DNA of 64,000 nucleotides from Planctomycetota bacterium (GTDB lineage Bacteria; Planctomycetota; GCA-002687715; DRQF01): assembly GCA_036479435.1 (NCBI GenBank), contig JAZGFI010000090.1, forward strand, positions 14,846 through 78,845, given 5' to 3'. How positions within the stretch are numbered: the stretch's first letter is position 1; every line of letters begins with the position of its first letter. Positions 8,935 through 17,911 of this stretch are shown piece after piece. Made by a program: the position numbers and the translations under genes. The notes under the pieces were generated by a model. The model worked only from the letters and a program-made list of their open reading frames with translations. It was not told where the DNA came from and made no database searches.

Positions 8935-10056
8935 TTAACCGTCTTCTTCGGGTTTCGGTGGTGACCAGTCGGTACCTTCCTTTTTCCACCAACTCCACCA
9001 TCGTTCGAGGCCTTTGCGGCGCCAGCGAACGCTCGAAGCGTGGCCCTCGGCGCCGACTTCTTGCCAGTCATAGATAGCGTCGCGCCAGTAGTCGTCGTAG
9101 TCGTCGCTGCGGCTCGCCGTTTCGGCCAGGGCCTGAACGATCGTCCAACCGCGCCGGGCATCATCCTTGTCGGCCAGGTCGAGACTCGTCATGGCGTTGA
9201 TGAGGTAAGGGATTGCCTTTTTGGGCATCGCGACGAGTGCGTCCTGTGCTTGGAGCGCCTTGCGGGTCGCATTGATGTCTTTGAGCGTCGTCACGAAGCC
9301 CTCAATGGCTTTCATTTCCTCTTCACTGGTCTCAGCGCTCGGGTCGAACGGTGTCAGCTCCATTGGGGGCTTCTTCGTTCGCTTTCTGGAATTTTTCTTG
9401 CTGGTCTTGGCAGCGTTGGTTTCACCCACGTCGTCGCCCTTGACCGCCGCTGTTTTTTCGCCATTTGACGCGGAGTCCGTTCCGCCTAGGAGGTCGCCGC
9501 TCTCATCGACGCCGAGGTCAGCACCACCTGTTTCTTTGTCCACCTCATTCTTGGCTGTGGTTTCCGTGGACTCGTTCGGCTCGTCGCCGCCTTGACTCCA
9601 AAGAAATGCGCCGACGACGCCCGCGACGACCAAGACTCCGAGGCTGCCGAGGATGAGGGCCATTGGCGCGCCATCGCCCTTGGGACGATGATGCGCGTGG
9701 CGACTAGAAACGCTGCCCTCTTGGACGCCCGTCTCACTTTTTTGGCGGTTTCGAGACCGACTGGCGCTGCGAGAGCTGCGACGGCTGGAACCTTTGCTCT
9801 TGGGGCGTTCGGCGGCCTCGCCACTTTCTTCGGCATGGTCACCGTTGCGGGATTTATGGCGCCTCGATTGAATAACGGGGGCTTTTCTTGCACCCGCGGC
9901 GGGCGACGGTTTGGCCAATCGGGATTCCCAGTCTTTGCCGAGCACCTTGCGCAGTACGAGGATCATGCCGCAGCCCGCGCAGTCGATTTTTCGAGTGCCT
10001 GCCACCGGAATGGCTTGGCTGTGTTTGCACTCGGGGCAGGTCAGTTTGTTACTCAC
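8935..10056 (-). CDS. Zinc-ribbon / single-TM protein with Lys-rich linker and conserved Trp-rich C-terminal domain (paralog A)
   Basis: N-terminus 'CPECKHS...CAGCG' is a 4-Cys zinc ribbon, followed by a long low-complexity S/R/K region and one TM helix (LILGSLGVLVVAGVVGAFLW). The C-terminal ~120 aa 'AIPYLINAMTSLDL...WTIVQAL...WWSWWKKEGTDW' is shared with the downstream gene. Confidence 0.6.
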   Translation of the reverse strand: MSNKLTCPECKHSQAIPVAGTRKIDCAGCGMILVLRKVLGKDWESRLAKPSPAAGARKAPVIQSRRHKSRNGDHAEESGEAAERPKSKGSSRRSSRSASRSRNRQKSETGVQEGSVSSRHAHHRPKGDGAPMALILGSLGVLVVAGVVGAFLWSQGGDEPNESTETTAKNEVDKETGGADLGVDESGDLLGGTDSASNGEKTAAVKGDDVGETNAAKTSKKNSRKRTKKPPMELTPFDPSAETSEEEMKAIEGFVTTLKDINATRKALQAQDALVAMPKKAIPYLINAMTSLDLADKDDARRGWTIVQALAETASRSDDYDDYWRDAIYDWQEVGAEGHASSVRWRRKGLERWWSWWKKEGTDWSPPKPEEDG

Positions 10057-10107
10057 TTGAGGTCTCCAAAGAAAGTCGAGAAAGGCGGCGGGGGAGAGGC
10101 AGTAAAC

Positions 10108-11376
10108 TCAGCCCTCGTTTTCCTCATCCTTTTTTAATTCGTCCCAGCTCTTTTCGTTGTAGTCGATGTCTTTTTTGACCCAGGTGGCGCCTTCAACTTT
10201 CCACCAACCAAACCACTGTCGCAGTGATTTGGTCCGTTCTTCGGGCGTTCCTTTGGTCATGCCGCCCATGCCGAGTCCCTGACGGGAGTTCCCCGGCGTG
10301 TAGCGAAAACTCTTGTTCGTCATTTCGCGCAGAGCCTGGATTAGCACCCAGGCCTTCTTCATGTCGGTCTTTTCGCTGTGATCTAGGGCGGCGATGGCGT
10401 TGAGAACGCCCGGGATCGCCAGCTTCCCGATTTGGATCATCTCGTCGCGAGACTGGTTGGCTTTTCTAATGTTGCCTTCGTCCAGGGTCGCGACGATGAG
10501 TTCGTTGACGCGCTTGCGTTCGGCCTCACCAGAGGCAATAGGCCAAGGCACGGGCGTGACATCGGCCTCGGGAGGGCCAACGAAACGGGGCTTTCTTTTC
10601 CTTTTTTCTTTGCCCAGTTTCGCACCGAAGTCTTTCTTTCGGCTCTTCTTTGAACCACCGGTTTTTAACTGCCGAAACTGCTCGTGTTGCACGCGCGTGA
10701 TGCGCCAAGCTTTGGGGTTTTGGGCGTCGATGAGTTCGTCGTAACCGTCCAAGAGCTCCGAGGTCAAGTTGATCTGAATCATCTTGCGGTTGCGGTCGTC
10801 TTTGACGAGAAAACCGACGAGGCCGTAGTCGCCGCGAACGACGTCGCGGTTCGGCGGGATGAGTCCTTTGTTGAAGTCCTCGATAAAGAACTTCTGCACG
10901 ACTTCGATGTACTCTTCGTCCATGATCTCAAAGAGATAGTCATTGATGAGCTTTCGTTTCCCGGCTTCATCGAGATTGGCGTAGCGTCTTTTTTCGCCCC
11001 AGTTGTTTTCGCCTGCAATGCGCCTGAACAAATAGTCCCAAGAGATGATCTTGGACATAATAGAGCTGTCATCGGTCGCCAAGGCCGTCATGAACTGGCC
11101 GGCGAGTTTTTCGGGAAGGGTACTCTCTTCGCCCGGTTTACGCGGTCTGTCTTTGCCGCCGTGATCAAGTTTTGGCGTTCGGTAGTTGTCAGAGGGATTC
11201 GAGTTCTTTGGCTTTTTGGGCTTATCTTCGCCGAGGGCGTAGATGACCATGAAAATGAAACCTACAAACAAGAGGGCGCCAAGGCTGACCTTGAGCGCGA
11301 GCGCATTGTCACGGTTTTTGGAAGAGTCCCCACGGTCGGGACTTTTGCGGCGGATTGCGGGGCGACGAGCGGCCAT
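10108..11376 (-). CDS. Single-TM protein with Lys-rich linker and the same Trp-rich C-terminal domain (paralog B)
   Basis: TM 'LGALLFVGFIFMVIYAL' and a lysine patch 'KKSRKKDFGAKLGKEKRKRKP'. C-terminus 'AIPGVLNAIAALDH...WVLIQAL...WFGWWKVEGATW' aligns with the C-terminus of 8935..10056. Start chosen at MAARRP (11376); the ORF extends to 11490. Confidence 0.55.
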   Translation of the reverse strand: MAARRPAIRRKSPDRGDSSKNRDNALALKVSLGALLFVGFIFMVIYALGEDKPKKPKNSNPSDNYRTPKLDHGGKDRPRKPGEESTLPEKLAGQFMTALATDDSSIMSKIISWDYLFRRIAGENNWGEKRRYANLDEAGKRKLINDYLFEIMDEEYIEVVQKFFIEDFNKGLIPPNRDVVRGDYGLVGFLVKDDRNRKMIQINLTSELLDGYDELIDAQNPKAWRITRVQHEQFRQLKTGGSKKSRKKDFGAKLGKEKRKRKPRFVGPPEADVTPVPWPIASGEAERKRVNELIVATLDEGNIRKANQSRDEMIQIGKLAIPGVLNAIAALDHSEKTDMKKAWVLIQALREMTNKSFRYTPGNSRQGLGMGGMTKGTPEERTKSLRQWFGWWKVEGATWVKKDIDYNEKSWDELKKDEENEG

Positions 11377-11577
11377 GATGCTCCTGTCATGAAGAAGGAT
11401 AAGCGTACGCCTTCGCGCTGCTTTGCGACGAGAAACGAGGGCGGAGTGGGATAATACCATTCCCAACGTGGGGGCGAATCGATGGTTCAATTAGGCCGCC
11501 CGTTCAAGGCAGGCGCGGTGGCCCGCGGTGGCTAAATGGATCAGCAAGCCGAGTTTCGGGGCCCCGGTCGGCCCGGG

Positions 11578-11621
11578 GACTGTCCTCTGTAGAGGACAGT
11601 CTGAGGTTCCCGGCGGGGACA
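11578..11621. promoter_or_regulatory. 11-bp inverted repeat GACTGTCCTCT-GT-AGAGGACAGTC plus third half-site GGGGACAGT in a divergent intergenic region; candidate operator
   Basis: Perfect palindrome read directly from the sequence. It sits in the ~400-bp divergent region between 11376(-) and 11786(+). Confidence 0.35.
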
Positions 11622-11785
11622 GTATGATGGGTAAATGCGAGCGATGGGCCTTGGGTCTCGGTGATCCAAAACCATTGTTTACATAGGTTTAAGGCTAAAA
11701 ATGTCCTTGCACCTGCCGCCTAAAACTTCGGCACGGGCTTTGTATACGTACTGTGTACCAGACAACGCTCCAAAAGGAGATCTCC

Positions 11786-14029
11786 ATGCCCCGTCCACTC
11801 AATACCATGCTCGCTACTTTGGTCGTCAGCGCCGCTTTGCTCGTCGCTGCCGCTAGCGACCTTTCGGCCCAATCGCGAGGCCGGTCCGGTCTGGGTTCTT
11901 CGGGCGCCACGCCAAGGGTCGCTCCGCGCCGCGCCCCGACTCCCAGAGCCGCGCCCCGACGTGCTCCCGCTCCGCGTCGTCAGGCGACACCGCGACGTGC
12001 CCCGCGTCCGCAAGCTAGCCCTCGTCGAGCTCCGGCCCCGCGTCCGCAAGCTAAACCACGTCGTGCCCCGGCTCCCAGAGCCGCGCCTCGCCGCGCTCCC
12101 GCTCCTCGTCGTCAGGCTACGCCTCGCCGCGCTCCCGCTCCTCGTCGTCAGGCTACGCCGCGCCGCGCTCCGCGTCCGCAATCTACACCTCGTCGTGCTC
12201 CGGCCCCGCGTCCGCAAGCTAAACCACGCCGCGCTCCGGCCCCCAGAGTGGCCCCCCGTCGTGCCCCGGCCCCGCGCCGCCAAGCGACTCCTCGCCGTGC
12301 GCCAGCGCCCAAGGCAAGCCCGCGTCGCGCCCCAGCTCCCAAGAGTTCACCGCCCCGTCGCACCCGCGCTCCCAAACTTGCTCCTCGGGCCTCGGCTCCG
12401 AAGATCAAGTCCGGTACGCGCCGATCCAGCTCTACGTCATCGAAGTCTCGAGGCTTGACGCGTACCAACCCGCCGCGTCTGGGCCGCTCGAGTAAGTCCG
12501 GTGGCCGTTCGAGCGCCAAGGCTCCTAGGCGCCAAGCGCGTCCGAGCTACCGCAACCAAGGTGTCACCCGTTACAAGCCCGCGCGCAAAAATTCGACTTT
12601 CAAGGGAATCGTTAAGAACAAGAGCTCTCGTTCAAAAGTTGGTCGCCGCGGCGTCGCCGGCGGTCGCAGTCCGGTGACCGGTGTGCGCAAACCCGCGTCG
12701 CCTCGCCTTGGCAAGTCGGCCAATCGCGCAACGAACGCAAACCGTCGGGGGTCCGTCAACGGTCTCAAGCGGGTCACACCGCGACCAGGTCGCTTGCGCA
12801 GTATTGCTCCCACCAAAACTGCGGCTCCTCGTGTCGCGAAGAATCCCAAGCGCCTCCAAGGCCGCGGCTACTTGCCGCCAGCCGCGAGTGCCGGTGTTGT
12901 TGTCGCCAGCGGTCACTCCGGGAGTCACTCAAGTCACAGCTCAAGCCTGGGGCTCGGATTCTTCTTCGGCGGCGGTAGTTTCGGATTCAACCTGAGTTAT
13001 GGATCAGGGCACCATTACTACGACCACTACAACCCCTATGCGTTTAGCTACGGCTACGGTGGCGGCCCTTGGTACACGAACAGCTATCTCCATTCGGCGG
13101 GCTACCGGCCCTATTGGAATCGCCACTACTACGGCCACCGTTTCTACCGAGGTCATCGCAGCTATTTTGGATTCCGACGCTTCAGTCGCTTTCACTTCGG
13201 ATTCAACTACTACCACCCCTACTCGCACTACAGCCCCTACCCTTTGTATCGCTCGAGTTACTACGAGCCCTATTATGTGTCGAGCTATGCTGCGGCGTAT
13301 CCGGCCTACCGGACGTATCACTACGTTCGCCGGCCCGCCTACTATGCGAGCGCTTCTTATGGTTCGAGCTACGGCGGCTGTGTTGAGTCAGTCGACCCCT
13401 ATGTCGAAGAAGAAGTCGCCATCGACATCAGCGAACTCGACGACGAAGACTATGAACTGAGCATTGTCACCACTTCGTTGGAGCTCGCTCCCAGCATTTC
13501 TTTGGGACTGTCGGAGCCGTTCATCGACGACTTCGCGCGCGATCTCAGCTACGACGAGTATCTCGCCTACGGCGAGGAAGCTCTTTTTAATGGCGACTAT
13601 CTTTCTGCGGCCGAGGCTTTTCGCCGCGCGGTGAATGCTAAGCCGCAAGATGACTACGCCCTGTTCCAACTCGGTACAGCTTTGTTTGGTGCGGGTCGTT
13701 ACCAGCTCGCGGCACGCATGATAGAACTCGGCCTTGACCAGAATCCCGCGTGGTTACACCGCCGTTTCAGCCTCGAAGACGTCTTCGCCAGCGTGACTGA
13801 ATTCAAGGCTCGTACGCAGGCCTTAGAGGGCTACCTCATCGATAGAGAAGGTGACAGCGAAGCTCGATTCTTGTTGTCTTACGTCTACTACTTCTCGGGG
13901 AACCTCTTCGGCGCGCGCAGTAACTTGCGGTTGCTAAAGACTAGTGGGTCGAAGATCGGCCATGTCGATGCGATGGTCGACGAAGCCGAGCGCCGTTTGC
14001 TTCAATTGCGCGAGCAGTACCAAAAATAG
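11786..14029 (+). CDS. Secreted low-complexity protein: signal peptide, ~18 tandem PRRAPAPR(Q/A) octapeptide repeats, a Ser/Arg/Lys-rich region, a Tyr/Gly/His/Arg-rich segment, and a C-terminal TPR-like domain
   Basis: RBS AAAGGAGA precedes ATG 11786. Signal 'MLATLVVSAALLVAAASDLSAQ'. The 24-nt period repeat encodes PRRAPAPR/RAAPRRAP. 'YYxxYxPYxxSYGYGG' is a Y-rich low-complexity region. The C-terminus 'AEAFRRAVNAKPQDDYALFQLGTALFGAGRYQLAARMIELGLDQNP' is TPR-like. Confidence 0.7.
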   Translation: MPRPLNTMLATLVVSAALLVAAASDLSAQSRGRSGLGSSGATPRVAPRRAPTPRAAPRRAPAPRRQATPRRAPRPQASPRRAPAPRPQAKPRRAPAPRAAPRRAPAPRRQATPRRAPAPRRQATPRRAPRPQSTPRRAPAPRPQAKPRRAPAPRVAPRRAPAPRRQATPRRAPAPKASPRRAPAPKSSPPRRTRAPKLAPRASAPKIKSGTRRSSSTSSKSRGLTRTNPPRLGRSSKSGGRSSAKAPRRQARPSYRNQGVTRYKPARKNSTFKGIVKNKSSRSKVGRRGVAGGRSPVTGVRKPASPRLGKSANRATNANRRGSVNGLKRVTPRPGRLRSIAPTKTAAPRVAKNPKRLQGRGYLPPAASAGVVVASGHSGSHSSHSSSLGLGFFFGGGSFGFNLSYGSGHHYYDHYNPYAFSYGYGGGPWYTNSYLHSAGYRPYWNRHYYGHRFYRGHRSYFGFRRFSRFHFGFNYYHPYSHYSPYPLYRSSYYEPYYVSSYAAAYPAYRTYHYVRRPAYYASASYGSSYGGCVESVDPYVEEEVAIDISELDDEDYELSIVTTSLELAPSISLGLSEPFIDDFARDLSYDEYLAYGEEALFNGDYLSAAEAFRRAVNAKPQDDYALFQLGTALFGAGRYQLAARMIELGLDQNPAWLHRRFSLEDVFASVTEFKARTQALEGYLIDREGDSEARFLLSYVYYFSGNLFGARSNLRLLKTSGSKIGHVDAMVDEAERRLLQLREQYQK
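11900..12330 (+). repeat. Intragenic 24-bp tandem repeat (about 18 copies, imperfect) encoding Pro/Arg/Ala octapeptides
   Basis: The visible periodicity is ccgcgccgcgctcccgctcctcgtcgtcaggctacgcct... A 187-aa antisense ORF (11720..12283) is an artefact of this repeat. Confidence 0.8.
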
Positions 14030-14057
14030 CAAGCAGTCAATCTTTTGGATGTGGACG

Positions 14058-14087
14058 GACGCCCTTGGGCGTCTGTTTGCAGTTTTG
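14058..14087 (+). terminator. Rho-independent terminator (GACGCCC-TT-GGGCGTC + TGTTTGCAGTTTTG)
   Basis: 7-bp perfect stem followed by a T-rich tract, directly downstream of the 14029 stop. Confidence 0.5.
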
Positions 14088-14122
14088 CACGTTTGGATGG
14101 GTGGTGAGTCGGCGGCGACCCA

Positions 14123-15091
14123 CTATGGTGTCGCGATCCAGGGGATACGAATCTCGCTTGCCACCACGATGTTCGTCTTAACCCTCATAGTCGCGCCGCT
14201 GAGATCCGCAGTTTTGACTCGGCCGGTGATGCTTGCCTTGATCACGCCGTTTTTCTCCTTGCCGATTTGCACTTGCAACAGGCGGTGTCCGGCGCTGTAG
14301 CTCGTAATCTCAATAGCCATGCCATCTCGATGCTGGAAGCTGAGTTCAAGCTCGACATCTTGAGTTGTGACTGATGCGTCATAGGGCAAGTGAGTTCGCG
14401 ACACCGAGATGATACCCCGCACCACGCCGACCAGGGGAATCTGGATGTCGCCGTAGGGATGCCTGGGGTCGCTGTTCAAAAGCAACTTGCTGCCGAAAGC
14501 CCCGAGGCGATGGTCTCCACGGAACGAGATTTCAATTTTCGCTTCCCCGGGGGAAGAGCCCGCAAGCTGGCCTCGGACGCGATCATCACCGGCTGGAATG
14601 TTGGTGATCTTGATGGGCGCCTCGCGGCGCGGTTTCACGGTGACAATGCGCTTTACGGTCTCGCCAAACTCGACATTGCCAAAGTCGACGGTCGCGGGCT
14701 CGAGAGTGTAGGGCTCTCGGAGAGTGCCCTCGAAACTGAGGACCAGTGGTTCCGCATTACTTTTGGCGTGGAGGATAATTGACTTTTTGAAGGGGCCTGG
14801 AGCCAAGTCCAGCCGAAGCGTTACCTCGAGAGTCGTCGAAGTGCCGGGTTTGAGATCCTTGGTGCTGAGTCGGGCCTTTGAGCAACCACAGGTGAGTTCG
14901 GTGCGATCGATCTTAAGCTCTGAGGACCCCGAGTTGGTGATCTTGTAGCGGACATCGAGGCGGGCACCGACCTCCAGGACGCCGAGGTCGTGATTTGGCA
15001 TGTCGCAGGCGAATCTGCCCGCGCCTTCATTGTCGCCGCATCCGACGGTGCACAGAACGATGAGGCCGATGGTAACGAAGAGCCTGTTCAT
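14123..15091 (-). CDS. DUF1573 domain-containing lipoprotein
   Basis: Signal/lipobox 'MNRLFVTIGLIVLCTVGCG'. 'HDLGVLEVGARLDVRYKITNSGSSELKIDRTELTCGCS' matches the DUF1573 signature (HDFG...N.G...L.I..V..SCGCT). Repeated beta-rich Ig-like segments follow. Confidence 0.65.
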   Translation of the reverse strand: MNRLFVTIGLIVLCTVGCGDNEGAGRFACDMPNHDLGVLEVGARLDVRYKITNSGSSELKIDRTELTCGCSKARLSTKDLKPGTSTTLEVTLRLDLAPGPFKKSIILHAKSNAEPLVLSFEGTLREPYTLEPATVDFGNVEFGETVKRIVTVKPRREAPIKITNIPAGDDRVRGQLAGSSPGEAKIEISFRGDHRLGAFGSKLLLNSDPRHPYGDIQIPLVGVVRGIISVSRTHLPYDASVTTQDVELELSFQHRDGMAIEITSYSAGHRLLQVQIGKEKNGVIKASITGRVKTADLSGATMRVKTNIVVASEIRIPWIATP

Positions 15092-15107
15092 CCCCTGAAT
15101 TCCCTGC

Positions 15108-15860
15108 TTGTTCAATGAAGAGAAGGCCACAATTGCCGGGTCCGATGGCGCCGTGGTAACCTGCGGGCGGACCCTGACGAATCCGATAGTGGGCGAAGCT
15201 TTGGCAACCCTGTCTGCGACCATACTAAGCCAAGCCGCTTGGGAACAACTTGAAGCGAATTGTGAACGCCTCGGTGGCCCGCATTCGCGCATCCGTCGTC
15301 GCGCTGACGGCAAGCTCATCAAGATCTTTCCACGGCGGAACGACTCGATGGCGAAGGTCGCCGCGCAGGCCCAAGATTTCGTCCGTAACTCCGCTCGTCT
15401 GCGCGCGCTCGGTTTTTCTTGCCCCGTTGTTGACGAGTTGATCCACGTCGACGAGTCTTTCGCCTTCGTGGTCTACACGCCAATTCCCGGTGATTCCTTT
15501 CGCGAGTGGGTCGAGCGCGAAGGTTCGGCTGAACTCGACCGGCTGCCTCAGTACTTTGCGAACTTGCATTGCGTCGGTGTTTACTTTCGAGGCGGCCATT
15601 TGGGCAATCTGGTGAGAGAGTCGGGCTCAGGAATTGGATTGATTGACTTCTCTGACGTGCGATTTGCCGGCGGCTCCTTGGGGCCTTGGAAAAGGGCGAG
15701 GAATCTTGCTCACTTACTGGGGCACCGTTTGGATGGCGAAACCATCAAGCGCTACGGCTATCGCCGCTTCATCGATGCTTACGCTGAAATCGCTGGTATT
15801 CGCGGATTTGCAAGGCGGCGTATGGCATGGTTCTTGCGGCGCCGCGTCGGGAAGTATTGA
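15108..15860 (+). CDS. Lipopolysaccharide kinase (Kdo/WaaP/InaA) family protein-like
   Basis: 'GVYFRGGHLGNLV' resembles the catalytic HxDLHxGN loop and 'LIDFSDVRF' resembles the (I/L)ID(L/F)xR/D motif of Kdo kinases. Assignment by motif only. Confidence 0.35.
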   Translation: MFNEEKATIAGSDGAVVTCGRTLTNPIVGEALATLSATILSQAAWEQLEANCERLGGPHSRIRRRADGKLIKIFPRRNDSMAKVAAQAQDFVRNSARLRALGFSCPVVDELIHVDESFAFVVYTPIPGDSFREWVEREGSAELDRLPQYFANLHCVGVYFRGGHLGNLVRESGSGIGLIDFSDVRFAGGSLGPWKRARNLAHLLGHRLDGETIKRYGYRRFIDAYAEIAGIRGFARRRMAWFLRRRVGKY

Positions 15861-15907
15861 ATCGCAGTTCGCTGTTATCATGAGTCCAGCGAGTGAGTGG
15901 AGCCTAA

Positions 15908-17911
15908 ATGCCTGCGTTCAAGATTGAGAGCGAGTATCAGCCGACGGGCGACCAACCCGCGGCGATTGCTGCCTTGTGCAAAGGCATCGAAAAAGGCGAG
16001 CGCGAGCAGACGCTCCTGGGGGTAACCGGATCAGGTAAGACCTTTACCATCGCTCACGTCATTCAAAAAGTGCAGCGACCAGCGCTCGTCTTAGCTCCGA
16101 ACAAAACCTTGGCGGCCCAGCTTTTCACCGAGTTCAGGGATCTTTTCCCCGATAATGCCGTTGGCTATTTTGTTTCCTACTACGACTATTTCCAGCCGGA
16201 GGCCTACGTTCCCTCTAGCGACACCTACATCGCAAAAGACTCGGCGATCAACGATCAGATCGACCGACTTCGGCATGCTGCAACTCATTCCCTCTTGACG
16301 AGGCGCGATGTCATCATCGTCGCGTCCGTGTCTTGTATCTACGGCATTGGTTCGCCTTCTTCCTACGCGACCATGAGTGTCGAGATCCGGCAGGACGAAG
16401 AGATGGATCGGGACGAACTGCTGCGGCGACTGATCACCATGCAGTATGTGCGCAATGATTTTGCGCCAAAGCGGGGGAGTTTTCGTGCCCGCGGTGATGT
16501 TGTTGAGGTCTTCCCGGCCTATTCCGATGATCGGATCCTGCGCGTGGAGCTTTTTGGCGATACGGTCGAGCAGATTGTCGAGATTGACGCCGTCACCGGT
16601 GAGGTTCTGCAAGATCTCCGCGCCATTGTGATTCACCCTGCCAGCCACTACGTGACGCCCCAGGAAAATCTCAAGCGGGCCATCGTCACCATCGACGCCG
16701 AAAAGGAAGAAGCGGTCGAGGCTTTTCGAAAACGCGGACGTCTGCTCGAAGCGCAGCGCCTGGAGATGCGAACCAACCTCGATCTTGAGCTTCTTCAGGA
16801 ACTCGGCACCTGTTCGGGGATTGAGAACTACAGCCGTCATTTGGATGGCCGCCAGCCCAGCACACCTCCGGCGACACTCTTGGACTTTTTTCCCGACGAC
16901 TTCATCACTTTCGTGGACGAGAGCCATGTCACCGTGCCGCAATCTGGTGGCATGTATAAAGGCGACCGCAGCCGCAAATCGACCCTGGTGGAACACGGGT
17001 TCCGGCTGCCGAGTGCTCTCGACAATCGCCCGCTTATGTTCGAGGAGTTTGAAAAGCGACGGAAACAAATCATCTACGTCTCCGCGACCCCCGGCGACTA
17101 CGAAGTGGCTCAATCCAAGGGTGTTACCGCCGAACAGATCATTCGACCGACGGGCCTTCTAGACCCCGAAGTGGAGATTCGCCCGGCGACCGGTCAGATC
17201 GATGACCTCTTGGGGCAGCTTCATCGAGAGATCGAACGCAAGGGCAAAGTCTTGGTGACGTCGCTGACGAAAAAGATGGCGGAGAACATCACCGAGTACT
17301 ATCGAGACCTTGGCCTACGCATCCGGTACTTGCACAGCGACATTGAGACTTTGGAACGTCACGCGATCATTCGCAGCCTGCGGCTCGATGAGTTCGATGT
17401 ACTCGTTGGCATCAACTTGCTGCGCGAGGGTTTGGACATCCCTGAAGTGACCTTGGTCGCCATCTTGGATGCAGACAAGGAGGGGTTTTTGCGGTCTCGG
17501 CGTTCTTTGATCCAGACCATTGGGCGGGCGTCCAGAAATGTCGATGGCCGTGTTATTTTGTTTGCCGACAAAAAGACCGACTCGATGAAGGCGGCGCTCG
17601 ACGAAACGGATCGGCGGCGCGAGATTCAACGGGCGCACAACAAAAAGCATGGCATCACGCCCACAACGATCAAAAAGAACGTGCAAGACTTGCTCGAGTC
17701 GGTGTTCAATGCGGACTACGTCACGATTGATATCTCGACCGACAAAGTGGAGACCAGCCGGAACCCGAGGGACCGTGAAAAGATCCCTCAGATTATCGAG
17801 GAGTTGCGCGAGCGCATGTTTAAGTATGCGCAAGAGACCAAGTTTGAGGATGCTGCCGACCTGCGGGATCAGATCAAACGCTTGGAGAAAGCGCAGCTGG
17901 AAGAGGTCTGA
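15908..17911 (+). CDS. uvrB: Excinuclease ABC subunit B
   Basis: '[14 protein letters not shown]', Walker A '[10 protein letters not shown]', the beta-hairpin region '[10 protein letters not shown]', helicase C motifs, and the C-terminal UVR domain '[15 protein letters not shown]'. Confidence 0.95.
   Translation: MPAFKIESEYQPTGDQPAAIAALCKGIEKGEREQTLLGVTGSGKTFTIAHVIQKVQRPALVLAPNKTLAAQLFTEFRDLFPDNAVGYFVSYYDYFQPEAYVPSSDTYIAKDSAINDQIDRLRHAATHSLLTRRDVIIVASVSCIYGIGSPSSYATMSVEIRQDEEMDRDELLRRLITMQYVRNDFAPKRGSFRARGDVVEVFPAYSDDRILRVELFGDTVEQIVEIDAVTGEVLQDLRAIVIHPASHYVTPQENLKRAIVTIDAEKEEAVEAFRKRGRLLEAQRLEMRTNLDLELLQELGTCSGIENYSRHLDGRQPSTPPATLLDFFPDDFITFVDESHVTVPQSGGMYKGDRSRKSTLVEHGFRLPSALDNRPLMFEEFEKRRKQIIYVSATPGDYEVAQSKGVTAEQIIRPTGLLDPEVEIRPATGQIDDLLGQLHREIERKGKVLVTSLTKKMAENITEYYRDLGLRIRYLHSDIETLERHAIIRSLRLDEFDVLVGINLLREGLDIPEVTLVAILDADKEGFLRSRRSLIQTIGRASRNVDGRVILFADKKTDSMKAALDETDRRREIQRAHNKKHGITPTTIKKNVQDLLESVFNADYVTIDISTDKVETSRNPRDREKIPQIIEELRERMFKYAQETKFEDAADLRDQIKRLEKAQLEEV

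Noticed and set aside
8618-9164. Overlapping minus-strand ORFs (127, 75 and 132 aa) near the end of the zinc-ribbon gene
   Set aside because: Alternate frames of the same GC-rich region with no independent support. The 373-aa frame carries the zinc ribbon and conserved C-terminal domain.
11720-12283. 187-aa antisense ORF (Arg/Thr/Ser-rich) across the 24-bp repeat array
   Set aside because: Mirror-strand artefact of the GC-rich tandem repeat. The sense strand has an RBS, a signal peptide and a continuous 748-aa ORF.
15861-15907. Candidate LexA box upstream of uvrB (…CGCAGTTCGCTGTTATC…)
   Set aside because: Does not form either canonical palindrome; likely chance similarity.
16091-17113. 340-aa antisense ORF inside uvrB, and similar long antisense ORFs inside uvrC (18715..19554), hppA (25072..25773), lexA (4632..5114) and nadB (6606..7199)
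   Set aside because: High-GC genomes produce long stop-free antisense frames. All overlap confidently identified conserved genes.
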